From NCBI GenBank assembly GCA_037443035.1, contig JBBIPC010000015.1:1-64000 (forward strand): a DNA stretch of 64,000 bases, in the 5' to 3' direction. Shown one piece after another: positions 42,256-53,000 of the stretch; positions within the stretch are counted from its first letter, which is position 1, and each line of letters starts with the position of its first letter. The stretch is from Chthonomonadales bacterium. Lineage in GTDB: Bacteria > Armatimonadota > Chthonomonadetes > Chthonomonadales > CAJBBX01. Made by a program: the position numbers and the translations under genes. Below the pieces are notes generated by a model. It was not told where the DNA came from. It was given only the letters and a program-made list of their open reading frames with translations, and did no database searches.

Positions 42256-43308
42256 ATGAAAGCAATGATCCTCGCGGCCGGCGTGGGATCTCGGTTGCAT
42301 CCTTTGACCCACACCATGCCGAAGCCTCTCGTACCCATTGTCAACCGACCCGTCATGGAGCACATTATCGGCCTGCTGCGTCGGCATGGGTTCACCGACA
42401 TCATCGTGAACGTCTACCATCTTGCCGACCAGATCACGGCTTATTTCGGGGATGGAAGCCACTTTGGCGTCAAGATTACCTACGCCGAGGAGGACCGCCT
42501 ATGGGGCGATGCTGGCAGCGTCAAACGATGCGAGGAGTTCTTCGGCAACGAAACATTCCTCGTCATCGGCGGCGACGACCTGGCTGACATAGACCTGACC
42601 CGCTTCCTCGAGAACCACCGGCAGAAGAAGGCCCTCGCCTCCATAGCGCTGTCGCTTGTGGATGATCCCGCCGAGTACGGCATCGTGCTCATCAACGAGG
42701 AAGGACGCATCACCCGATTCCTGGAGAAGCCCAGGGGAGAGATCATCTTCTCCAACACTGCGAATACCGGCATCTACCTCTTCGAACCGGAGGCGCTGGA
42801 CCTCATCCCGCGCAACACGTTCTATCTCTTCGGCAAGACCTTCTTCCCCCTCATGCTCGAGCAGAAGCGACCCATCTACGGCTATCTCACTGCGGGGTAT
42901 TGGATGGACGTTGGGAACCTTTCGATGTATCTCCAGGCACACCTGGATGCATTGGCCGGCAAAGTACGGCTGGACTTCCCCGCTCCGGAGCGACGGAAGT
43001 ACCAGTGGATCTCCGAAACCGCGGTCATCGAACCCTCGGCCAGCATCGAATACCCAGTGGTTATCGGCGATGGCTGTCGCATCGAGTCCGGCGCCGCTGT
43101 ACGCGAGAACACCGTGTTGGGTCCGGGATGCATCGTCTCCTCCGGGGCTGTGGTGCGGGAGTCGGTCTTGTGGGAGAATGCGCACGTCCAGGAGGACACG
43201 CGGCTGGTCCGCTGCGTTGTCGGTACCGGCTGCAAGGTCCGATCCAACGCCGCGATCTTCGACGGTGTCCTCGTGGACCTGAGCGCTGTCAAAGATAACG
43301 GGGTGTGA
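42256..43308 (+). CDS. NDP-sugar synthase (mannose-1-phosphate guanylyltransferase-like, with hexapeptide repeats)
   Basis: MKAMILAAGVGSRLHPLT..PKPLVP, FLEKP, NTGIY, YWMDVG, C-terminal left-handed beta-helix. Confidence 0.9.
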   Translation: MKAMILAAGVGSRLHPLTHTMPKPLVPIVNRPVMEHIIGLLRRHGFTDIIVNVYHLADQITAYFGDGSHFGVKITYAEEDRLWGDAGSVKRCEEFFGNETFLVIGGDDLADIDLTRFLENHRQKKALASIALSLVDDPAEYGIVLINEEGRITRFLEKPRGEIIFSNTANTGIYLFEPEALDLIPRNTFYLFGKTFFPLMLEQKRPIYGYLTAGYWMDVGNLSMYLQAHLDALAGKVRLDFPAPERRKYQWISETAVIEPSASIEYPVVIGDGCRIESGAAVRENTVLGPGCIVSSGAVVRESVLWENAHVQEDTRLVRCVVGTGCKVRSNAAIFDGVLVDLSAVKDNGV

Positions 43309-43311
43309 ACC

Positions 43312-44370
43312 ATGGCGAACGTTTTCGGGCGCATGCTGACGAAGCAGGACATCCTGTCCCGAGTTGGCGACATTTCTCAACTGGCGAGGGTCAAGCTGCA
43401 CCGCCTTGCAGATGGGTACGAAGACGGGGTTCTCGCGGCCGACGTCGTGACTGGAAGTGGTCTCCAGTTCACTGTCTTGCCATCCCGTGGGTTGGACATC
43501 TCCTCAGCGTCTTTCCGTGGCCGCGCTTTGGCCTGGCGATCGGCGCAGACGGACCGGCATCCTGCCTACTATGAGCCGCAAGGACTGGGCTGGCTCAGGA
43601 GCTTCCCTGGCGGGCTTGTCACAACGTGCGGCCTGACGTGGATGGGCGCGCCGAACGTGGATGAGGGGGTCGAGCTCGGCCTCCACGGGCGATTCAGCAA
43701 CACCCCGGCGACTGGTGTGAGCGCGCGTGGCGAGTGGGACGGTGACGACTATCGCATGACCATCGAGGGTTCCGTGCGTGAGGCTGTCGTCTTCGGGGAG
43801 AACGTGCTGCTGCATCGCAGGATCACCACCGCGCTAGGGGCCACGAGCTTCCGCATCGAGGACCGCGTGACCAACGAAGGCTTCCTCCGAGCGCCCCACA
43901 TGCTTCTCTATCACGTGAACCTCGGCTATCCGGTGGTGGATGAAGGATCGCGGATCGTCGTGCCAGCCTGCGCAACGCAGCCGCGGGACGCAGAGGCTGC
44001 TGCTGGTGCCGAGGATTGGATGCGCATTCACACGCCTGTCGTGGGCTACCGGGAGAAAGTCTACTTCCATACCGTGGAAGCGTCTGCCGATGGCACCGCC
44101 ATGGCGGCAGTCGTGAATCCGAATCTGGACGGTGGCATGGCCGTGTACGTCCGATACCGGCCCGACCAGTTGCCGTGCTTCGTCCAGTGGAAGATGCTCG
44201 GAGCGGGCACCTACGTCATCGGCCTGGAGCCGGCCAATGCCCTCGTCATGGGGCGTTCGGTAGAACGGGAGGCTGGCCGCCTGCAATACCTAGAACCCGG
44301 CGAGTCCCGCACATATGAACTGGAGCTCGGCGTCCTGACTGGCGAGGAACTGAGTCCGTACCTTCAGTAG
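43312..44370 (+). CDS. DUF4432/aldose 1-epimerase family protein
   Basis: RVGDISQL, SRGLDI, GGLVTTCGL, LHGRFSN, LYHVNLGYP, YVIGLEPAN. Confidence 0.85.
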   Translation: MANVFGRMLTKQDILSRVGDISQLARVKLHRLADGYEDGVLAADVVTGSGLQFTVLPSRGLDISSASFRGRALAWRSAQTDRHPAYYEPQGLGWLRSFPGGLVTTCGLTWMGAPNVDEGVELGLHGRFSNTPATGVSARGEWDGDDYRMTIEGSVREAVVFGENVLLHRRITTALGATSFRIEDRVTNEGFLRAPHMLLYHVNLGYPVVDEGSRIVVPACATQPRDAEAAAGAEDWMRIHTPVVGYREKVYFHTVEASADGTAMAAVVNPNLDGGMAVYVRYRPDQLPCFVQWKMLGAGTYVIGLEPANALVMGRSVEREAGRLQYLEPGESRTYELELGVLTGEELSPYLQ

Positions 44371-44421
44371 AGCCGCTGGAGCACGGTGTGGGCCAGGCGT
44401 TGCGAGTGCCTGACCTGGGGC

Positions 44422-45357
44422 CTAGCCCTTCGTAGCCCAACGGAAGAGCTGCCTTGCCGTTCGAGCGCTGCGGCTGATGGCCTCGACAGCCCCCAGCGTA
44501 GCGGGCGTTCCTTGCTCCACCGCTTGCTCCAGAACGAGATGCGGGCGTACTCGGACACGACGTAGTTCCGAGACGATAGCCGTCCAGTCCAGGTCCCCGT
44601 CACCGAACACCTCCGACCAGATACCGCCTCGCGACTGGCGAATATGGACCTCGACGATCCGCTTCCCGTAGAGCTTGATGAAGTCGAAGACCGCAACGGA
44701 AGAGTTGCCCGAGCCTCGGTAGATCCAATGGGCGTCGAGGCACAGCTTGACATATCGCGGATCTGTGCCGCACATCATGTGGTGCAGTTCCCGAGCGGCC
44801 TGCCGGAGCTCCATGTCGTGATTGTGGTACGCCAGCTTCAACCCTCGCGCCTCCAGGGCCTTTCCCAACGTATTCAAGGCGTTCGCCTGGGTTTCCAGCT
44901 CGGCGTCGGATTTGTCCAGTGGCGCTCCCCACTGGATCGGGTTGGGGTTGGTGACAAGTATGCGCGTGCCATATCGGCGTGCACGATCGGCAATGGCTAG
45001 GACCCGCTCGATGCTCTGCTGTGCCTCCGGCATGCGGTGCAACGTCGTGTTGACATACGCCGACCGCATCTGAAGACCTGCTTTGCGGAGAGCGCTGCCG
45101 AACCGATCGGCATCTTCCGGCGACTCGAGGATGGGCTCCAGGCCATCGAGGCCACACGCGGCTAGCTCCTGGAGGTCCGCATCGAGATCCGCGCCGAACT
45201 GCTTCCCCTCGCGACCATAGTACACTTGGAGCATGTAGACGTTACCGCTCAGGTGCGGTTGGGTAGGCGCATGAGGCTGGGACATGCCTTCCCCCCTTGC
45301 TGCAAGACAGATTGCGATGGCGAGTGTTGTCATGAGAGCACGCAGCATGCTATGCAT
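44422..45357 (-). CDS. Secreted sugar phosphate isomerase/epimerase (TIM barrel)
   Basis: Signal peptide, LAYHNHD, LCLDAHW, EVHIRQS, GDGDLD, LVLEQ. Confidence 0.85.
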   Translation of the reverse strand: MHSMLRALMTTLAIAICLAARGEGMSQPHAPTQPHLSGNVYMLQVYYGREGKQFGADLDADLQELAACGLDGLEPILESPEDADRFGSALRKAGLQMRSAYVNTTLHRMPEAQQSIERVLAIADRARRYGTRILVTNPNPIQWGAPLDKSDAELETQANALNTLGKALEARGLKLAYHNHDMELRQAARELHHMMCGTDPRYVKLCLDAHWIYRGSGNSSVAVFDFIKLYGKRIVEVHIRQSRGGIWSEVFGDGDLDWTAIVSELRRVRVRPHLVLEQAVEQGTPATLGAVEAISRSARTARQLFRWATKG

Positions 45358-45527
45358 TTCGACACCGCGCCCGTGCCGTCCTGCGTGACGAACTGCTCGA
45401 GAAGCCCCATGCTCCAGTGTGCTCAGAAGGGCAGGACCTACCCTTGGTCACGCAGAAAGCTCAGTGGAAAACCGAACCACGTCTCGGTGTTCCATTGCGC
45501 AAGGACTACCTGAGGAGCAGGGAAAGC

Positions 45528-47924
45528 ATGAAAGATCTCATCCTGGGCGATTGGACGTCCGCAACGCGCAAGCACACGGTTGCAGCCTGGGGCATCGACC
45601 TCGGCACGACGAACTCCGTTCTCGCCGAGGCTGTGTGGCAACCTGGTGACGAACGGCCCGCCTGCAGACTGGTGGACATTACCCAGCCGACAAAGGACGG
45701 TGAGTTCACCAGTCCCCTCGTCCCATCCGTTGTGGCCCTGCGTCCCGAAGGACGTCACTGGGTCGGCGAAGGTGCCAAGAGGTTGCGCGCACGACCGACC
45801 GAAGAGTCGCTCGTCGTCGAGCGGTCGGTGTTCTTCAACACGAAGAATGACATGGGTTTGGCGAAGACCTACTACCGGGCCCCTGAAGGCTATCGCACCG
45901 CGGCCAATATCGCTTCCCATATCCTGCGCTTCATGAGAGAGGAGGCGGAGCTGAGCACGCTCGCCGCACCTTCCATGGCCGTGGTAACGGTGCCAGCGTC
46001 GTTCCTGCCGAACCAGCGAGAGGATACTCTGGTGGCAGCCCGGGAAGCAGGCCTACCCTTGGCGCCTCAACCCCTCATGGACGAGCCCACTGCTGCCCTC
46101 GTCTGCTACCTCATGGAGCACGCGACAGATTCAGTGCTCGAAACGGACAGACCGTCCAACGTACTCGTGTTCGATTTCGGCGGCGGTACTTGCGACGTCA
46201 CGGTGGCCGTCGTCCAACCTGCTTCCGAATCGAAAGGTCTCAGAGTCTCGACCCGCGCCGTCTCGCGGTACACACGGCTCGGAGGTGGCGACCTGGATGC
46301 GGCCATCGTCCACGAGCGTCTGATCCCCGATCTCTGTCGCGATAACAACGTGGATCCGCAATCTCTTTCTTGGGCGGCCCGGAAAAAGGTGCTGGAACCC
46401 CAGTTGCTGGGCACAGCCGAAGGATTGAAGATAGCCCTCTGTAACGAGATAGACCGTCTCATGAAGTTCGGTAAGTACACATCCAGCGCAGCGGCCGACC
46501 TCGAAGCGCATCAGCCGGCCATCGAATGCCGGCTGCAAGGCAAGACCTTGATTCTGCGCAGGCCGACGCTTACGGCGGCTCAGTGGGAGGAGATTCTGGC
46601 CCCGTTCCTCGACACCCAAGACCTCTTCGCACGCGATACCGAGTACCGGCTCATTCAGTCGGTGTTCGCTCCCATCGAGGATGCCCTGGAACGTGCTGAT
46701 TTGCATGCGGAGGCTGTGGACCTATGCCTCCTCGTGGGAGGTAGCTCCCTCATTCCGCAACTCCGTGTTGCTCTGGAGCGCTACTTGAGCGGTGCCACCA
46801 TCCTCACATATCCCGATGCCATGGCAGTTCAGGCAGCGGTAGCCATGGGAGCCGCCTGGGAAGCGTTGCACATGGCGCTCACGAATCGCCGGATGATTCA
46901 ACCCACCATGGCCGATGGGCTGAGCCTCCGAACGCTCCAGGACGCGCTGATACCGCTCATCCCTGAGGGCGCACCGCTCCCCTATCCACCGGACGGATCG
47001 TGGGTCGAGCCTCGCGCGCAGCTGTATGTGCCGCCGGGTGGTGAACAGCAGCTAGAGATGAGCGTTGTTGCGCACCGGAGCGGCCAGACCGTCTTCCGAA
47101 AGATTTGGCGACTGCCCCGAGGCACGAAGGCCGGTGATCAGATCGTCGTGCGAGCACGGATGGCCGCCGACCAGGAGTTCGAATGTAATGCGTTTCTGGA
47201 GAATCAGCCGGAGGCGCTCTTCGAAGCCTACACATCCAATCCCGTGATCAACGTCGCTTCTCCCCATCCCGCCCGTTTGCGCATCGAGCAGATCGAACAG
47301 GAACTTCGCGACAAAGATGGGGGCACCGAGGCCGACTATGCCCGCTTCGTCGAGCTGGCTCGTTCTTACGCTGAGATCGGACATCGGGAGCACGCCATTG
47401 ACGTATTGAACACACTGCTGCGCAAACTCAATCGTCCCGATGGTTTCGTCCTGAATCTGAGAGGCATTTGGTATGGCGAGATCGGTGACTACGAGCGGCA
47501 GGAGCGGGACTACCGCGAGAGCGCCGAGCTTCTTCCCGGCTTTGACGTCCCGTTGTTCAATCTTGCGCTGAGCCTGGAACGCCGCGGGAAACTGAACGAA
47601 GCGCTACAGACGGTACGCGAAGCGCTCCGGCGCAATTCGCAGTCCGGACCCGCTAGGACACTCGAGGGACGTATGCTGACGGCCATGGGCGACGTGACCG
47701 GTGGCAGAGAGGCGCTAGAAGCTGCCCGGAAGCTCTATGGTCCGCCCGAGATGTTGGACGATTGGGAGTTGGGCTGGTGCGCCGCGTGTGCGCGGATGCT
47801 CCAGGACGAGAAGCTCCTAGCTGCGGTCGAGGCAGAACGTCGGCAGCGGAGCAAGGCGCCTGAGTCCGTCGAATCTGCCGAGGCACTGCGGCCGGAAGTA
47901 CGCCCGATCGAGATGCGTGACTGA
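45528..47924 (+). CDS. Hsp70-family ATPase with C-terminal TPR repeats (not DnaK)
   Basis: GIDLGTTNS, VTVPASF, DEPTAA, FDFGGGTCDV, LGGGDLD, VGGSSLIP, AVAMGAA; TPR-like LNLRGIWY..GDYE, FNLALSLERRGKLNEA. Confidence 0.88.
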   Translation: MKDLILGDWTSATRKHTVAAWGIDLGTTNSVLAEAVWQPGDERPACRLVDITQPTKDGEFTSPLVPSVVALRPEGRHWVGEGAKRLRARPTEESLVVERSVFFNTKNDMGLAKTYYRAPEGYRTAANIASHILRFMREEAELSTLAAPSMAVVTVPASFLPNQREDTLVAAREAGLPLAPQPLMDEPTAALVCYLMEHATDSVLETDRPSNVLVFDFGGGTCDVTVAVVQPASESKGLRVSTRAVSRYTRLGGGDLDAAIVHERLIPDLCRDNNVDPQSLSWAARKKVLEPQLLGTAEGLKIALCNEIDRLMKFGKYTSSAAADLEAHQPAIECRLQGKTLILRRPTLTAAQWEEILAPFLDTQDLFARDTEYRLIQSVFAPIEDALERADLHAEAVDLCLLVGGSSLIPQLRVALERYLSGATILTYPDAMAVQAAVAMGAAWEALHMALTNRRMIQPTMADGLSLRTLQDALIPLIPEGAPLPYPPDGSWVEPRAQLYVPPGGEQQLEMSVVAHRSGQTVFRKIWRLPRGTKAGDQIVVRARMAADQEFECNAFLENQPEALFEAYTSNPVINVASPHPARLRIEQIEQELRDKDGGTEADYARFVELARSYAEIGHREHAIDVLNTLLRKLNRPDGFVLNLRGIWYGEIGDYERQERDYRESAELLPGFDVPLFNLALSLERRGKLNEALQTVREALRRNSQSGPARTLEGRMLTAMGDVTGGREALEAARKLYGPPEMLDDWELGWCAACARMLQDEKLLAAVEAERRQRSKAPESVESAEALRPEVRPIEMRD

Positions 47925-47926
47925 AC

Positions 47927-49153
47927 GTGTTCCTGGTTCCCCGACAAGACCTGACACCCGAACAGTTGCGTGTCGTCGAACTGCCGACGGACAGCCACAA
48001 GCTCATACTGGGCCCGCCCGGCTCCGGCAAGACCGTGCTTCTCGTCCATCGGGCTGCCTATCTCATGGCCAGGCAACGGGTGCCACCTGAGCGCTTTCGT
48101 GTGCTTGTGTTCACCAACGCTCTCAAAGAGTACATTCGATCCGGCGTGGATTTTCTCGGGCTTCCGATTCGATCGGTCTCGACCTTCGACAGTTGGTGCA
48201 GAGAACTCCAAAGGCAGTTTGTCCGTGGTTTCGCAGGGGACAGCTCGGACCCGAACTACTTCGAGACGGTGCGCTCGGCCGTCTTGGAAAGCATCCAGAG
48301 CAGCCACACCCCCCCGATCCTGGATTTCGCCATGGTTGATGAGGGGCAGGACCTGACGGCCACGGCCTATAGCATCCTGCGCATCATGTGCAAGCACGTG
48401 ACGGTGTTTGCCGACCCGCACCAGCGGATCTTCGACGGCGTGCACAGCGAGGAGGACATTCTGAGCGAACTCGGTATACGCAGGCGGAGCGTGGCGTTGC
48501 TAAGTGCGTACAGGAATTCCCCCGACGTTGCGGCTCTGGCCTCGTGGTTCCTGCCCGATCTCGTCAGCCGCTCGAACTACCTGGCGCAGGCTCGGAATCT
48601 CGGACGAGAAAGGGAGCGGCCCCTTCTATACCTGGCGCCCGATAACGATAGCGAGATGGACAGACTCGCCCAGAGCATTCGGCAGCGGCTCTCCATGAAT
48701 CAGCGCGTGGGGATCATTGTGCCTCGGACTGCTGACGTCCACGGTGTTTCCAGCGCGCTCCACGAGCGCGGCATAGCCGTCGAGAAGGTGCTGCCACCCT
48801 CCAAGGCCGTGGGTGGCGGTAATCCGCCCGACTTCGGCTCGTCCACCCCGAAGATAGTCACCTACCACAGCGCCAAGGGGTTGACGTTCGACACTGTATT
48901 CCTGCCCTGTCTCGTACGTGGCGCATTCGCCAGTGACGATCCCGAGACCATCCGACGGCTGATCTTCGTCGGTGTTGCACGGGCTACCCAGTGGGTATGC
49001 TTCACGTCCATCGAGGGAATGGAGTTGCCTGAGCTGCAGGTTCTCTACGACGCAGAGAGGGACAAGCAGGTGATCATCCAGCGCGGGAGGCCGGCGCCAT
49101 TTGCGCAAAGTGACAGCACCCACGTCTTCGATGATGAGGCGGATATTCTCTAA
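47927..49153 (+). CDS. Compact UvrD/Rep-like superfamily 1 helicase
   Basis: LTPEQ, GPPGSGKT, VFTNAL, TFDSW, VDEGQD, DPHQRIF, YRNS, TYHSAKGLTFDTV, FVGVARA. Confidence 0.88.
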   Translation: MFLVPRQDLTPEQLRVVELPTDSHKLILGPPGSGKTVLLVHRAAYLMARQRVPPERFRVLVFTNALKEYIRSGVDFLGLPIRSVSTFDSWCRELQRQFVRGFAGDSSDPNYFETVRSAVLESIQSSHTPPILDFAMVDEGQDLTATAYSILRIMCKHVTVFADPHQRIFDGVHSEEDILSELGIRRRSVALLSAYRNSPDVAALASWFLPDLVSRSNYLAQARNLGRERERPLLYLAPDNDSEMDRLAQSIRQRLSMNQRVGIIVPRTADVHGVSSALHERGIAVEKVLPPSKAVGGGNPPDFGSSTPKIVTYHSAKGLTFDTVFLPCLVRGAFASDDPETIRRLIFVGVARATQWVCFTSIEGMELPELQVLYDAERDKQVIIQRGRPAPFAQSDSTHVFDDEADIL

Positions 49154-49295
49154 GGAGCGTGTCCAGGCCGTCTTCTGGGATACAGCGCCTCTGCGCCTGC
49201 CACCCCTGGGTGGGTCGTTCACCGGTTGACGGATACGAGCTGGGAGTGTATTATGCACTGACGTAGCTCTTGCCGCCATCCTGGGGAGACAGTGC

Positions 49296-50957
49296 ATGCC
49301 AATGGATCGTTGTTTCTTGGATTCCCTCTACCGCCCAACTACCGCCCGCAATCGCCGTGTTTCCAGTAACGAGCAGCCCAACTGGAACGACGGTAATATG
49401 GACATGACCTGGCTGCAGCCTGGAGAGACGCTGGAAATGCCGGTGCTGACAGGGCCAGGAATCGTGCGTCATGTGTGGCTGACAAGTCATGCAGGCGGCG
49501 TAGGCGAGCTGGATTCGCTCAGTCTGCGAATCTACTGGGACGGCAGCGCTACGCCTTCGGTGGAGGTTCCGCTGGGCATGTTCTTCGCTGTGGGGCAGGG
49601 GAGGCCGGCGCCAGTGGAGAGTCTGCCTGTACAGGTCAGCCCCACGGGGAGCCTCACCTGTTACTGGCCCATGCCGTTCCACGCTGAAGCACGTTTCACC
49701 GTCACGAACGACAACCCTGACAGAGGTACCGGTCTTTATTGGCAGGTGGACTGGGAGCAGGTGGATACATTGCCGAAGGACGTCCTCTACTTCCATGCCC
49801 GGTACCGGCAGGAGTTCCCTACCGTCATGGGCCGCGATTACCTTATCGCCGACCTGAACGGACACGGCAAGTACGTCGGTACGGTGCTTGGCGTGACGCT
49901 GGCCCAGGACGGGTGGTTCGGCGAGGGCGACGACTTCTTCTACATTGACGGAGAAGAGGTACCGAGTCTGCAAGGCACGGGCACCGAGGATTACTTCAAT
50001 GACGCCTGGGGTTTCAGGCCGCGTACGGGTGCATGGTTCGGTCAGCCTCGCTGGGAAGGCTACGAGGCAGGCGATGCTGGCATCTGCTATCGCTGGCATG
50101 TGCTGGACCCCGTCCACTTTCGCCAATCGCTGCGCGTTACCATGGAGCATAAGGGAAACCTGCCTCGTTCGGAGGATGGCTTTTTCCTGGAGCGACCCGA
50201 CTATTACCAGAGCATCGCCTACTGGTACCAGGAGGGCATCGCGCCACTAACGGAACCTCTACCCGGCTGGCCGGACCGCAATCCGCCCTGGGCCACCCAT
50301 CACCTGCTGCAATCGTTCGGCGCGACCAAGGTCATCGGTGAAGTGAAGCCTCGCATCGTGTGCGAGGGGATGTTCGGTGGCAGGCCTCTGCTGGAATGGC
50401 CGAACGCCGCTTCGGGAGCCATCCTTACCATGCCGTTCGTGGTACCGGCGACGGATCGGTACGCAGTCCGATTGGTAGGCTGGGCTGCGCCGGACAACGG
50501 TGCCTATGACATCGAGATGGATGGCTCCGTCGTAGCCCACGCGGCGAGCTTTCGGTCAGATGGGATCGAGGAGAAGGTCGTGTCGCTGGGCACCCACGTC
50601 CTCGAAGGAGGCGTTCACGCCCTTGCATTCCGCGCTCTGGACGCACCTAGAGGACCGCTGCAGGTCGAAACACTGCGCCTCCTCCAGCTTCCGGCCGAAG
50701 CCACCAGACCTAGCAAGGGACCGAACGAAGCGCATTTCATTCGGCTGGGAATCGGTCGGGCGCTTTACGCGTACCGGCTTGCGTATGGGGACTTGCCTGA
50801 ATCGCTCGAGGAACTTGTCGAGGCGAAGATCATGGATGAACGCTATCTGAGCGACGAAAATGGTCTACCGCTGGAGGCGCATAGAGATGGAGATGCCATG
50901 GTCGTCCGCGCGAGCGGTTGGGTGCAGCGATGGCGAGGTCTGGACCCTAGGCGGTAA
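49296..50957 (+). CDS. DUF2961 (GH172-like) glycoside hydrolase with C-terminal extensions
   Basis: GPGIVRHVWLT, LRIYWDG, YWPMPF, YFHARYRQ, GWFGEGDDFFYIDG, GTGTEDYFN, YRWHVLDP. Confidence 0.88.
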   Translation: MPMDRCFLDSLYRPTTARNRRVSSNEQPNWNDGNMDMTWLQPGETLEMPVLTGPGIVRHVWLTSHAGGVGELDSLSLRIYWDGSATPSVEVPLGMFFAVGQGRPAPVESLPVQVSPTGSLTCYWPMPFHAEARFTVTNDNPDRGTGLYWQVDWEQVDTLPKDVLYFHARYRQEFPTVMGRDYLIADLNGHGKYVGTVLGVTLAQDGWFGEGDDFFYIDGEEVPSLQGTGTEDYFNDAWGFRPRTGAWFGQPRWEGYEAGDAGICYRWHVLDPVHFRQSLRVTMEHKGNLPRSEDGFFLERPDYYQSIAYWYQEGIAPLTEPLPGWPDRNPPWATHHLLQSFGATKVIGEVKPRIVCEGMFGGRPLLEWPNAASGAILTMPFVVPATDRYAVRLVGWAAPDNGAYDIEMDGSVVAHAASFRSDGIEEKVVSLGTHVLEGGVHALAFRALDAPRGPLQVETLRLLQLPAEATRPSKGPNEAHFIRLGIGRALYAYRLAYGDLPESLEELVEAKIMDERYLSDENGLPLEAHRDGDAMVVRASGWVQRWRGLDPRR

Positions 50958-51017
50958 GCACTGGCAGGTGTTCGGGGAAGATGTCATGGGGTACCGCAGG
51001 ATCAGACACCAGGTGAA

Positions 51018-53000
51018 ATGATGGTTCCGGAGGAACTCGGAGAAGGCTCTTACGCCGAGCGCCGATCTATCATGCGCGTCCTCGGCGCCATCGCCACGAG
51101 CAGGCTTGCTTCGGCCGCCTATCAGGTTATCGCCGACGAGGTTCGATCGCTCCTTGGTGCTGGCACGGTCGTGGTTGGATTGGCCACTCCACAGACCGAG
51201 TCCATGGACTTTGTCGCAGTTTCAGGCCGCGATCCTGCGGAGATCGTGGGTTTGCGGGTTGCCTCTGAGGACACGCTGGCCAATCCCGCCCTCCGATCGG
51301 GGCGAGCCATGCTCCTCCGTTCGGACGGGCCGACTGGACTTCGTTCGGGAGCGATTGCGCCCATCCTTACGTCCGAGGGTGTCGCCGGAGCCATCATCGC
51401 CGTGGACGGTGAGCACGCAGGTAGTTTCACGGAGGAGGACCTCGACGTTCTCACCTTGTTCGCTAACGCCGCCGGGCTCGTTGTGGACTGTGAAGGAGCT
51501 CGCCGCGCACTGGCCGACAAGGAGCGGGAGCTTGCTGCGCTCTATGACGCTGCTCGCACGATCACATCAACCGTCAATCTGCAGGCTGTGCTGGACTCGG
51601 TCCTGCAGGCCATAAGTCAGCACCTTCCTGTTCAGACCGCTGCCATCTACTTGCTGAACGATGAACGCAGTCACCTGTTCATCACGGCCGACCGGGGCCT
51701 CAGCGATGATGAACGCGAGGTGCAGCTTGCTGCCGATGCTGGCATTGCCGGAGAGGTCCTCAGGACCGGAGAGTCCCGTATTCTCGGCGATACTCAGGAT
51801 GCCGCCGACGCCGATACCGTGTCGCCAACGCCCCGTTGTAGATCGCTGATGGTGGCGCCCATCCGGAGCGCTGGCGAGGTGCTGGGCCTTCTCACGGTAA
51901 CGAGCTCCCAACCGGCGGCGTACCGCGCGGAGGATCTGCACCTACTCGAGGCGGTGGCCACGCAGGCGGGCATTGCCATCCACAATGCCACGCTCTACGA
52001 GGATGCTACAAGCCGCGCTGAAGCTGCGAACGCCCTCTTCACGTTCTCGCAGCGTGTGGGTGCCACGCTGGATGTTCGCGAGGTACTCGATTGCGTTGCG
52101 GAAACCACCATGAGTCTGCTGGGAGTGGACGGCTTCGCGGCCATGCTCATGGACCATCGCGACGGTCGCTTGCACGCCCACGCGGTTCGCGGACTGGACG
52201 AGGAAGCGTTCGGCGCGATTCGTCCGCGCAGCGGCGAAGGGATCGCTGGTTGGGTATATGCGTGGACTTGTCCTACGGCGGTGGCAGATATCGCCGCCGA
52301 CGCCCGCAATCGGAGCATGCCGATTCACCAGCTCGGCATCGTTTCGTGCCTCTGTGTACCGATTGGATCGGTTCAGGGCGTCCTGCTGGCACTTTCCTCC
52401 CGGAGACGTCTCTTCACGGTGGCCGAGATCGAACTGCTCTATACGATCGCAAATCAAGCGTCCCTGGCCATCACGAATGCTACAGCGTACCAGCGTGCCC
52501 AGGAGCGGTCCCTTGCCATGCGGCGCTACTTCCGCCGCTTCGCTGCCGCCATCGGTAGCGCCGCCGATACGAACCAGACTTTGCAGCTGGTGGCCGATGT
52601 CGCTCTCGACGTCATGAAGGCCGACCGTTGTGCCATCTATGCCACGACCGGCGACGAGCTGGTGCTCCGTGCCGAGAGCCGGCTTGCGGGCCGGTGTGCG
52701 CCCGACCAGCGAATCCCCGTGGGCACGGGGTTGACAGGCGCTGTGGCGGCCACAGGACGTATTCTCACCTCAATGCCTCTTTCCGACGATGACCGTGCTA
52801 GAGTACATGCATGGCACGGAAAGGAGCAGTTGGCGTCGTACGTAGGGATCCCGCTCAAGGAGCGACGACGCATCACAGGTGTCCTGGAGCTGCTCACCCA
52901 GGATCCCCGTTCTTTCACACCCGATGAGCTTCGGCTCCTATCCCAGTTTGTGCTCAAGGCGCGGCTCGGGGAGCGCCTTGGCGAGGAGGTTCGAGAGTGA
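51018..53000 (+). CDS. Multi-GAF domain protein with no recognisable output domain
   Basis: Four GAF-like units ending [36 protein letters not shown]. Confidence 0.85.
   Translation: MMVPEELGEGSYAERRSIMRVLGAIATSRLASAAYQVIADEVRSLLGAGTVVVGLATPQTESMDFVAVSGRDPAEIVGLRVASEDTLANPALRSGRAMLLRSDGPTGLRSGAIAPILTSEGVAGAIIAVDGEHAGSFTEEDLDVLTLFANAAGLVVDCEGARRALADKERELAALYDAARTITSTVNLQAVLDSVLQAISQHLPVQTAAIYLLNDERSHLFITADRGLSDDEREVQLAADAGIAGEVLRTGESRILGDTQDAADADTVSPTPRCRSLMVAPIRSAGEVLGLLTVTSSQPAAYRAEDLHLLEAVATQAGIAIHNATLYEDATSRAEAANALFTFSQRVGATLDVREVLDCVAETTMSLLGVDGFAAMLMDHRDGRLHAHAVRGLDEEAFGAIRPRSGEGIAGWVYAWTCPTAVADIAADARNRSMPIHQLGIVSCLCVPIGSVQGVLLALSSRRRLFTVAEIELLYTIANQASLAITNATAYQRAQERSLAMRRYFRRFAAAIGSAADTNQTLQLVADVALDVMKADRCAIYATTGDELVLRAESRLAGRCAPDQRIPVGTGLTGAVAATGRILTSMPLSDDDRARVHAWHGKEQLASYVGIPLKERRRITGVLELLTQDPRSFTPDELRLLSQFVLKARLGERLGEEVRE

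Noticed and set aside
45528..47924. Calling this gene dnaK or hscA
   Set aside because: TPR C-terminus, diverged substrate-binding region and no dnaJ/grpE/isc context.
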